Of a DNA stretch of 64,000 bases, positions 11,127-18,697 are shown in pieces; the first letter of the stretch is position 1; the number at the start of each line of letters is the position of its first letter. Made by a program: the position numbers and the translations under genes. The notes beneath the pieces were generated by a model, which saw nothing but the letters and a program-made list of their open reading frames with translations, was not told where the DNA came from and searched no databases. Origin of the DNA: Candidatus Uhrbacteria bacterium CG_4_9_14_3_um_filter_41_35. Its GTDB lineage: Bacteria > Patescibacteriota > Patescibacteriia > UBA9934. Location: contig PFWT01000006.1 in assembly GCA_002791275.1 (NCBI GenBank), positions 8,831 to 72,830 on the forward strand, in the 5' to 3' direction.

Positions 11127-11922
11127 AACTCTATCATTATAACAGAAACTAGACACAAAGTATTTCAACAATAAGATTCTTCGCCGTGATTCACGTTAGG
11201 CTCAAAATGACGCGGTTTGTAATTTTCATCGAGGTGCCAAACGTCAGTCTCAGAATGACGGTTTGGTTTTAATGATACGATGTGATTTTTATGCCGTTGT
11301 ATTGATTAGTCACCCTTCACTCATACCGTCATCCTGAAGCTGGCGACGACTTACGCTGAAGGATCTCCTTCGTTCCGTACTGAATCGAAACGCATTTACG
11401 ATATAATTCAACACTGAGATTCTTCGGTGTAATCCACGTTCACCTCAGAATGACGGTTTGGTTGGTTTAATGAGCTTAGCTTTGAACTTTATCCTTCACT
11501 CATACCGTCATCCTGAAGCTGGCGACGACTTACGCTGAAGGATCTCCTTCGCCCTGTGCTGAACCGACATTTGTTTGGTGATTCGGTAATGAGATTCTTC
11601 GGTGTGATTCACGTTCACCTCTGAATGACGGTTTAATTAGATTCTTCAATGTGCCAAACGCTAGGCTCTAAATGACGGTTTGGTTTCATGAGGACAATTT
11701 TATTCTATTGCTTCTCACCCATACCGTCATCCTGAAGCGAGCGCCAGGTTACGCTGAAGGATCTCCTTCGTTTAGCTGAACCGACATTTACTTAGTGATT
11801 CAGCAATGAGATTCTTCGGTATGGTCCACGTTCACCTCAGAATGACGATTTGGTGCGTTGTCTAGCTTATCCGATGTTGTAAAAATAAAATACAATCTTT
11901 GTGAGCATAAAATGCTCACAAA

Positions 11923-11973
11923 CTAAGACTGAGTTGCAGATGCGACTCAGTCGCATCTGCAACTCAGTCTTAG
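11923..11973. repeat. Perfect 24-bp-stem hairpin (ctaagactgagttgcagatgcgac-tca-gtcgcatctgcaactcagtcttag), preceded by an 8-bp-stem hairpin gtgagcat-aaa-atgctcac at 11901..11919
   Basis: Inverted repeat verified base by base. The identical stem occurs in copy 2 (38040..38090), but there the 3-nt loop is the reverse complement (tga). Confidence 0.9.
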
Positions 11974-11993
11974 ATAATAAATAATAAACTTGC

Positions 11994-12018
11994 AAATCAA
12001 ATCAAATCAAATCAAATC
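11994..12018 (+). repeat. (AAATC)5 pentanucleotide microsatellite; 3 perfect units in copy 2
   Basis: aaatcaaatcaaatcaaatcaaatc read directly from the sequence. Confidence 0.9.
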
Positions 12019-12116
12019 AAACCGTAACCCAGGCCTTGACTAGGGTCAATCAGTAAATTAACAAAGCTCTTTTCGTGACCTAAAACCTAACGCCCAATTC
12101 CTAACTCCTATAATAC

Positions 12117-12141
12117 ATAAAAACAGCCGAAGCTGTTTTTA
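12117..12141 (-). terminator. Rho-independent terminator of the nusA-yidC unit
   Basis: aaaaACAGCcgaaGCTGTttttat immediately downstream of the yidC stop on the minus strand. Confidence 0.6.
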
Positions 12142-12151
12142 TAACTCGATC

Positions 12152-12910
12152 TTATTTCTTCGCCTCCACCTCCACAACATTGCCAACCTTCACTGTTTTC
12201 TTATCACTCAAGAAAATCTTGTAGAGGATAATCGTTAGGAAAGTTGTTACTAGCCAGTAAAGCATTATTCCACCTGGTAGTGATGTTGAACCAAAGAGCA
12301 GAGTCATAGCTGGCATCATATAGATCATCATCTTATTCATACTTGCTGCCATATCCTCATCCATTGCTCCTGATTGCTTTCTAACATCAGGTGCTGGTCT
12401 GGTCTGAACTGTGTATTTAACCTGGTAGTACTGCGCAATCGCTGCCGCCACCGCTAGCGGGATAGAAACCACGGCTAGATCAATACCAAACGAAACCGAC
12501 TCAATCACTCCTGGGTTATGCACAAAACCGTACAAAATAGTGGGATCAACTTCCCCCAATCCTTTTTGCAAAACTTGAAAAAGTGCAATAAAAATTGGTA
12601 ATTGTACTAAAAGTGGTAAACAAGAAGCAAACGGATTAACATTATTTTCTTTGTAAACCGCCATCAACTCCTTCGACATCGTTTCTTTATCGTCTTTATA
12701 CTTCTCCCGAATTTCCTTAATAATTGGCTGAATCTCCTGCATATCTTTCTGGCTCTTTAAAGTCTTGAAAGTTAACGGAAATAGGAGCCCCTTGATAACC
12801 ACGGTCACAGCCACAATCGCTAGACCAATCCCCGCTCCAGGCCAAGCGTCGTAGAACCAAACCAGTAGATTGTAAAGTGGCTGATAAAAAATTGCAAAGA
12901 AAATATCCAT
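12152..12910 (-). CDS. yidC: Membrane protein insertase YidC (short Gram-positive/CPR type)
   Basis: 252 aa, five TM segments with a conserved hydrophilic first-TM region and a basic C-terminal tail. Confidence 0.85.
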   Translation of the reverse strand: MDIFFAIFYQPLYNLLVWFYDAWPGAGIGLAIVAVTVVIKGLLFPLTFKTLKSQKDMQEIQPIIKEIREKYKDDKETMSKELMAVYKENNVNPFASCLPLLVQLPIFIALFQVLQKGLGEVDPTILYGFVHNPGVIESVSFGIDLAVVSIPLAVAAAIAQYYQVKYTVQTRPAPDVRKQSGAMDEDMAASMNKMMIYMMPAMTLLFGSTSLPGGIMLYWLVTTFLTIILYKIFLSDKKTVKVGNVVEVEAKK

Positions 12911-12912
12911 AA

Positions 12913-14259
12913 TTATTCAGTCACTTCCTCCGCTTTTTCGTTGTCATCCTCTTCAATTTCCGCCTTTGCAATTTCCTCAGCCTCCGCCAATAGCTCTGGT
13001 ATTACCTCAGTAGCTCCAGGAACTATCACCTCTTCCTCATCTTTCGTTTCAGTTGTTGGCTTTGGTTTAACTTCTTCGCCGTCAGTTACTGAAACCTTCC
13101 AGCCAGTCAATTTAGCAGCCAATCTTACGTTCTGACCACCTCGACCAATAGCGAGCGATAACTGTCCTTCTTCCACGAGTGCTAACGCCATTCGTTCTTC
13201 TTCGTTTAGCGTTACTTCTTTTACTTTTGCTGGCGCTAAAGCTGAACCAATAAAACTAGCAGGATTTTCACTCCACTCAATCACGTCAATTTTTTCTCCG
13301 TTTAGCTCATTGATAATTGTTTGGATTCGAACACCCCGCTGACCAATGGCCGCACCAATCGGATCGATTGTGCTATCTGTGCTTGAAACAGCTACCTTTG
13401 TTCTAGCTCCAGCCTCGCGCGCCATAGCTTTGATTACCACTGTACCGTCAGCAATTTCCGGAATCTCGAGTTCGAACAAAACTCTAACCAATTCCTCGCT
13501 AGTTCGTGAAAGTAAAATTTGTGGGCCACGTGTCCCAAGGGTAACCTCACGAACATAAACTTTAATTCGGTCACCTGCAGTGTATTTTTCTGAAGGGATC
13601 TGATCTTCAGGCAACATAATTCCCGAAATTCGACCAAGGTCAACAAGCAAAACCCGACCTTCACGGCGTTGAACAGTTCCAACCAGAACTTCGCCTTCTT
13701 GCCCCTTAAACTCATTGAAAACAATTTCACGTTCCGCTTCTCGAAGCTTCTGAGTAATTACCTGTTTAGCGGTCATCGCTGCCATGCGACCAAACTCACC
13801 AGGCAACGGTAACTCTCTTCTGAACACATCTCCGATCTTTGAAGTCATCTTTAGCACCATCGCGTCCCGAAGCATAATTTCGGTCTTTGGGTTAAAAGTT
13901 GGACCATCTAAAATTTCTTCCTCTTGGTTAATCTTGTCACCGTCCTCATTTCTATCAACCCGAAGGCCAGCTTCTCGCGCTGCCTTTGCCGCTTCCCGAG
14001 CTGCTGTTTCTTCAGCCTGACGCTCCTCGATAATAGCTACTTCCTCCTCAGTTAGGTTGTCAACCACTGTTTTTACATCAAAAGCCTTTACGCCACCAGT
14101 TTCGGTGTCGAATTCAATTTCGATGTTTTGCATCCTGTCGCCATAATCTTTTCTGTACGCAGCCGCAAGTGCCACCTCGATTGTTTCAATTACTGAATCG
14201 TAAGAAAGCCCTTTTTCTTCACAAATTTGTCTAATCGCCTGCTCAATATCTGAAGCCAT
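12913..14259 (-). CDS. nusA: Transcription termination/antitermination factor NusA (with a ~40-aa Ala/Glu/Arg-rich insertion in the N-terminal domain and an acidic C-terminal tail)
   Basis: S1 domain and tandem KH domains (DPIGAAIGQRGVRIQTIINELNGEKIDVIEWSENPASFIGSALAPAKV; GQLSLAIGRGGQNVRLAAKLTGWKV) align to E. coli NusA from memory. 448 aa. Confidence 0.9.
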   Translation of the reverse strand: MASDIEQAIRQICEEKGLSYDSVIETIEVALAAAYRKDYGDRMQNIEIEFDTETGGVKAFDVKTVVDNLTEEEVAIIEERQAEETAAREAAKAAREAGLRVDRNEDGDKINQEEEILDGPTFNPKTEIMLRDAMVLKMTSKIGDVFRRELPLPGEFGRMAAMTAKQVITQKLREAEREIVFNEFKGQEGEVLVGTVQRREGRVLLVDLGRISGIMLPEDQIPSEKYTAGDRIKVYVREVTLGTRGPQILLSRTSEELVRVLFELEIPEIADGTVVIKAMAREAGARTKVAVSSTDSTIDPIGAAIGQRGVRIQTIINELNGEKIDVIEWSENPASFIGSALAPAKVKEVTLNEEERMALALVEEGQLSLAIGRGGQNVRLAAKLTGWKVSVTDGEEVKPKPTTETKDEEEVIVPGATEVIPELLAEAEEIAKAEIEEDDNEKAEEVTE

Positions 14260-14427
14260 ATTTTTTTAAATTTTATTTTACATTTATAATAAACGTGCCC
14301 GGCATTCAGCCGAGCATTCATCAGTAATAAAATACTACCAGAACATCAGAATTAAGGCAAGATACTTGACAAAACCTCTAAATAATTCTAATCTGAACCG
14401 TTCTGTTCATTTAAACTTGGAGAAATC

Positions 14428-15162
14428 ATGACCCCTACATTTAAATACCCATATTTTCAGTTCTTCATTGATCCTGTTAGTTTAGGACCAAGGAAAATTA
14501 TGGGTACTGATGACCAGTATCTTGTGCAATCTTTAAAAGATGATCAGGGCAACGCCTTTGATCTCACCTTAAAGTACAGTCGATCTCGAGAATTTGAGAT
14601 CGATGAGAACGTGATCCGACAATATGCTGTTCTTCCACGTTCGGTCTTGAAGTTTGTGTACCGAGTGGTCTATGTATTCTTGGCCCGCGGTCCTGCACTC
14701 AGCAAACTACCTTCACCCGGTTGCTATCCAGACAAAAAAAACAACTGGCGCATCGTGGTTGAAACAACGGGTGATGCTACTTGCTGGCGAATTAGTCTTG
14801 TGGCTGCCGATCTAGTTAGTCTTCACCTCCTGCAAAAACGATTGTCGGCGGGAGAATTCAGAAACCTGAGCGTGATACCGGAAGTAGCACCGCCTCCGCC
14901 ACGGCTAAATCCGGTAGCGAGTCGCGATCGGATTGCTCGGCGGGGCAAGAAGATTGTTACAGCCCCCTTCACGACAGAAGTTGAAGTAAAAGCTCAATTA
15001 ATCGATTCCGGACTCTACCGTGCGTATTTTTCAAGTGGACGAGTTACGCAACTTAAAAACGGAGAGTTCAAGGTCAAGGTCAGTTCGCTTGATAAAAGCT
15101 ATGCTGAACAGTTTCTTGCCGAACTGACAGCCGGTCGATTAAAGCCCGTTCGTGAGGAGTAA
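14428..15162 (+). CDS. Hypothetical protein (compositionally GC-enriched relative to neighbours)
   Basis: 244-aa ORF with no recognisable motif. Visibly higher GC, for example gcgggagaattcagaaacctgagcgtgataccggaagtagcaccgcctccgccacgg. Confidence 0.5.
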   Translation: MTPTFKYPYFQFFIDPVSLGPRKIMGTDDQYLVQSLKDDQGNAFDLTLKYSRSREFEIDENVIRQYAVLPRSVLKFVYRVVYVFLARGPALSKLPSPGCYPDKKNNWRIVVETTGDATCWRISLVAADLVSLHLLQKRLSAGEFRNLSVIPEVAPPPPRLNPVASRDRIARRGKKIVTAPFTTEVEVKAQLIDSGLYRAYFSSGRVTQLKNGEFKVKVSSLDKSYAEQFLAELTAGRLKPVREE

Positions 15163-15190
15163 TGCTGTGCATCAAGTGCACAGCATTTTT
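15162..15190. terminator. Bidirectional hairpin terminator between convergent genes
   Basis: ATGCTGTGCAtcaagTGCACAGCATtttt. Confidence 0.55.
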
Positions 15191-15192
15191 AA

Positions 15193-15549
15193 TTACTCCC
15201 CCACACCCTCAATGTGATTGAACTCTAGCTCGGTTTTACCAAAAGTAATTGCCACCACATCAATTCGCCACGGTTTTAAAAGCCAATTTTTTTCTTTTAA
15301 AAACTTATCCCCCACGGCAATAATTTTTTCAATTTTACTGGCCGTTACCGACTCTTCCGGAAAACCAAAGTCCGAAGTTTTACGCGCCTTCACCTCAACA
15401 AAAACGACCTCACTACCGTCTAAAGCAATTAGGTCGATTTCACCGAATCTACTTCGGTATTGTTTTGCAATAATTTTTAAGCCTTTGTTCTGAAGATATT
15501 TGGCAGTGAGGTCTTCGGCCTTGTTTCCAAATATTCTTCTAAGATCCAT
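15193..15549 (-). CDS. YraN family (UPF0102) endonuclease-like protein
   Basis: GEIDLIALDGSEVVFVEVKARKT is the hallmark of the YraN/UPF0102 PD-(D/E)xK-like family; 118 aa. Confidence 0.75.
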   Translation of the reverse strand: MDLRRIFGNKAEDLTAKYLQNKGLKIIAKQYRSRFGEIDLIALDGSEVVFVEVKARKTSDFGFPEESVTASKIEKIIAVGDKFLKEKNWLLKPWRIDVVAITFGKTELEFNHIEGVGE

Positions 15550-15550
15550 A

Positions 15551-15967
15551 TTATCGGTTTCGTCTTGGAATGTATTTATTGAATGTTGCTCTGTTTGTCG
15601 CTTCCTCTTTTGCCTTAGGTACCATCACTTTTGCAAAACGCACAATACTTACTGCCCAAGCAACCAAACCGATCGCCCAAAGAATATACCAAAAACGTGC
15701 ACTGAACAAGTAGATTTCTTCGTAGGTAAAAAAGAAAATCCCCATCCCTACAAATCCCATAGTTACGAGCATTGAAGCTAGTTTTTGGTAAGTCTTCACA
15801 AGGTAACGATCATCTTTTTTGTTTTTCGCTACGATTTTAGCTACGGCTCCAAAAAGGATTAAACCACTAAACCCTAGGAAAAATGCTTTTTCAAAAACTG
15901 GGCTAAGACCAACAGGTGCTAGGTTCAGCCAAAAACTCGGATTTAAAACTGGTGTTAGATCTATCAT
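15551..15967 (-). CDS. Small integral membrane protein (4 TM), hypothetical
   Basis: 138 aa, hydrophobic profile only. Confidence 0.4.
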   Translation of the reverse strand: MIDLTPVLNPSFWLNLAPVGLSPVFEKAFFLGFSGLILFGAVAKIVAKNKKDDRYLVKTYQKLASMLVTMGFVGMGIFFFTYEEIYLFSARFWYILWAIGLVAWAVSIVRFAKVMVPKAKEEATNRATFNKYIPRRNR

Positions 15968-15979
15968 ACGGTTGGAATA

Positions 15980-16543
15980 TTAACTATTTGCTAGTTTTTC
16001 GTCAAGCATCGCCTGAATACCATAGTGGTGTTCTCCTGCACTAAAATCATAGAGCCCCTGCCAACCCTCTCCAGCCAAGTGACGCATCACTTCCATCACG
16101 TCTGTTCGGTGCTCAACCGGTGGCGCGACCAAACTTTCCGTTCTCGGTGACCAATCCACAATCAAAATCCGTCCGCTCGGGTTTAACAGTCTCCGCATCT
16201 CCCGCAATACTGCGCGTAAGTCATTCACTACCCACAAGTTATTCACAAAAAAGATCCGGTCGAGCGTGCCTGCTTCAATCTGCACTCCCTCTTCCCGTTC
16301 AAAATCCCCCCAAATAATATCCGTGTTCAAATGCCCACCACTTGCTAAACGACTTTGCAAAGACTCAAGCGCCTGCGGCATAATATCCACTGCGTACACT
16401 CGCCCGTTTTCCCCTACCATTAACGACGCTGGCAATACCATGTGCCCCGCCATCCCACAACCAAAATCCGCCACGTGCATCCCTGGCCCAACTCCACATT
16501 CACGCAGTAATTTTCGCGCGTCTAAAAGTGTGTTTCCGATCAT
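15980..16543 (-). CDS. Class I SAM-dependent methyltransferase
   Basis: Motif I VADFGCGMAGH and motif post-I VYAVDI; 187 aa. Confidence 0.7.
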   Translation of the reverse strand: MIGNTLLDARKLLRECGVGPGMHVADFGCGMAGHMVLPASLMVGENGRVYAVDIMPQALESLQSRLASGGHLNTDIIWGDFEREEGVQIEAGTLDRIFFVNNLWVVNDLRAVLREMRRLLNPSGRILIVDWSPRTESLVAPPVEHRTDVMEVMRHLAGEGWQGLYDFSAGEHHYGIQAMLDEKLANS

Positions 16544-16797
16544 ACCGTTCCCCCAAAAATTTTTCTTAAAAAGTCACCAAACAAAATATCCACCATATCG
16601 GTTAAAATAATCGCCCCGAGCATCATGGTTCCGACTGCTACCATTTTATAAAAAGTCTTCGTTTGTCCAACGCCCAAAGTCCGCTCTGCCCAGTCGTTTC
16701 GGCCAAAGATGCTTTGCACAGTTTCAGTTTTCCAGACGGCTAAAAAGGAGACAATAATAACCCCCAGCCCAATTAATATTCGTGTAAGTGGTGACAT
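16540..16797 (-). CDS. Small membrane protein, hypothetical
   Basis: 85 aa, two hydrophobic helices, 4-bp overlap with the downstream methyltransferase. Confidence 0.35.
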   Translation of the reverse strand: MSPLTRILIGLGVIIVSFLAVWKTETVQSIFGRNDWAERTLGVGQTKTFYKMVAVGTMMLGAIILTDMVDILFGDFLRKIFGGTV

Positions 16798-16893
16798 ATA
16801 TTTCTTTTCTCCATTATGCCATAAATCTGAATATTGGGGTACAGATTATATATAATATAGGTATTCTATTATTCTGTATTTTATAGGTTCACA

Positions 16894-16919
16894 TAAAACC
16901 ACGTTCAAGGCGTGGTTTT
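16894..16919. terminator. Hairpin terminator downstream of SulP gene
   Basis: aaaACCACGttcaaggCGTGGTtttg. Confidence 0.5.
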
Positions 16920-16924
16920 GTTCG

Positions 16925-18586
16925 TTAATCTTTACCCTCTTCCAGGGTAATCGCATTAATCGCGTCCGAGGTTCGGTTATAGATTTTTCCGTCAACTTGT
17001 TTTTGTTTATAAAAATCTTTTTTATAAATTAGTTTCTCAACCTCCTTGTTAATCCCTGAAAGCAAGATATGTTTGTTCTTATTTTTCTTTAAGGCGGAGA
17101 TGAATTCACCAAGATAATCTATACCGTCAATGTCAGCGTAAAATGAATATCTAAGTGAAACAATTACATAATTATTGTTACGAATTTTTTCGGCCGCCTC
17201 GAGGTGGGCCGGCATATTTATGTAAGTCATAGTTCCTGAAATTTTGTACACAACCACATCCGAATCTACCACTTCTTTTTTCAAAAATTCATTCTTCAGT
17301 AATGCTTCGGTTATGGCACCATTTTTCCAAAGCAAAACCTCAGTTTGACCGTACGAAAGCTTATTTACAAAAATTAGGAGCGCAATTACTGTACCAATCA
17401 AAATCCCGATAATCGGGTCCTCCACCACCACAATTATTGCCACAAAAAGTGAAAGCGCAAATGCAATTTTTTCGTTTTCGATAAGGTGGATGAAGTGTTT
17501 TTTTTCTACCATCCTGATCGCCACCACTACTAAAATTGAGGCAATCGCTACCATTGGTAGTAATTTGAAAAAATCGATAAAAAAGATCGCAATTACACCA
17601 ACCGCTATTGCGCTCACTAGTCCCGAGGATTTGTGTGTTGCGCCGCTTTTTATGTTTAACGCAGTTCTAGCTAGTGCCGCCGTGGCTGGAATTCCGCCCA
17701 TTAAACCCGAACCGATGTTAGCAATTGAAAGACCAAGGACTTCTTTGCGGTGATCAAATTTACTGTCGGTCATATTGTCCGCAATTTGCCCAGAAAGCAG
17801 GGTTTCAAGGATGGCAATAATTGCTGTCGCAATTGCCAACTGCCAGATTTCTTTGCTAAGCAAAATACTTAGGGAAAACTGCGCTAGTGGATTTTCAAAC
17901 AGTGTGGCGTGAATTGAAGGATATTTATCACCGAGCGTTAGAATAGCTGGTGTGTAACCAAGTGCTGGCAGTGCCAGCATAAGAGCGATCGATACAAAAG
18001 CGGCTATCGCAGAACCTGGGACTTTTGGAAATTTTTTATCCCAAACAATTATAAACATTGTGCAGAAAATAAAGATCAACAAAACTTGCCAGTTAGTTTT
18101 TTCTAAATTTTGTAAAAGTAGGTGAGTATTGCCAAGTACACTTTCGACTTTGTCTAAACCAGTTATCCCAAGGGCGTTGTCGAGCTGACCGAGGCCGATA
18201 ATAAAAGCCACCCCGAGCGTAAAACCGTGAACAATCGCCCGCGGGATGAAAATAATATATTTATCTAGATGAAAAATGTAAGCGATAAAAATTAGCAACC
18301 CAGAAAGCACCGCTACAACCGGGAGAACTTGGTAACCATTAATTAAAGCATAGGACCCTAAAATTCCCGACAGCGCCCCAGTTGGTCCGACAATGTTGTA
18401 ATTACTGCTTCCAACTACTGCCGCCAACAAACCCGCCCAAAATGCAGTAATAATCCCCTGAGTCGGCGTTGCGCCCGAAGTGATTGCAAGCGCCAGAGCC
18501 AGCGGGATACTAACAATACTCACAGTTAAGCCCGATTTCCAGTTCCGACCCACAGACTTTACCAAATCTAAAGTGTTAGAAAACAT
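16925..18586 (-). CDS. SulP family inorganic anion (sulfate) transporter with C-terminal STAS domain
   Basis: N-terminal SulP signature (GLTVSIVSIPLALALAITSGATPTQGIITAFWAGLLAAVVGSSNYNIVGPTGALS), multiple TM helices and a C-terminal STAS-like region; 553 aa. Confidence 0.85.
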   Translation of the reverse strand: MFSNTLDLVKSVGRNWKSGLTVSIVSIPLALALAITSGATPTQGIITAFWAGLLAAVVGSSNYNIVGPTGALSGILGSYALINGYQVLPVVAVLSGLLIFIAYIFHLDKYIIFIPRAIVHGFTLGVAFIIGLGQLDNALGITGLDKVESVLGNTHLLLQNLEKTNWQVLLIFIFCTMFIIVWDKKFPKVPGSAIAAFVSIALMLALPALGYTPAILTLGDKYPSIHATLFENPLAQFSLSILLSKEIWQLAIATAIIAILETLLSGQIADNMTDSKFDHRKEVLGLSIANIGSGLMGGIPATAALARTALNIKSGATHKSSGLVSAIAVGVIAIFFIDFFKLLPMVAIASILVVVAIRMVEKKHFIHLIENEKIAFALSLFVAIIVVVEDPIIGILIGTVIALLIFVNKLSYGQTEVLLWKNGAITEALLKNEFLKKEVVDSDVVVYKISGTMTYINMPAHLEAAEKIRNNNYVIVSLRYSFYADIDGIDYLGEFISALKKNKNKHILLSGINKEVEKLIYKKDFYKQKQVDGKIYNRTSDAINAITLEEGKD

Positions 18587-18697
18587 AAATGAAAATTTTG
18601 AATAGATGTTATTATTAAACCTACTAAGCTTAGAGTATTTTCATTATATAGTCAATTTATATTTTACTGGGATAAAAATTTGCATTATTTGTATTTT

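Larger units (their letters stand above)
11172..12075 (+). repeat. Composite ORF-free mosaic repeat element, copy 1. It is built from iterated ~50-nt 'A' modules (gattcttcggtgtgattcacgttcacctcagaatgacggtttgg) and ~90-nt 'B' modules (cataccgtcatcctgaagc..gcgacgacttacgctgaaggatctccttcg..). These are followed by two stable hairpins, an (AAATC)5 microsatellite and a conserved tail (ccgtaacccaggccttgactagggtcaatcagtaaatt).
   Basis: Self-similarity seen directly in the sequence: B modules at ~11325, 11505, 11715; A modules at ~11175, 11232, 11416, 11592, 11641, 11808. A second copy with the same architecture and orientation lies at 37505..38190. No ORF of 60 aa or more in six frames over ~0.9 kb. 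Confidence 0.85.

Noticed and set aside
11172-12075. Considered whether the repeat region is a CRISPR array
   Set aside because: Repeats are of two different module types with variable length and spacing, are imperfect, and contain internal complementarity between modules. There are no uniform 25-40-bp direct repeats with unique spacers and no cas genes nearby.
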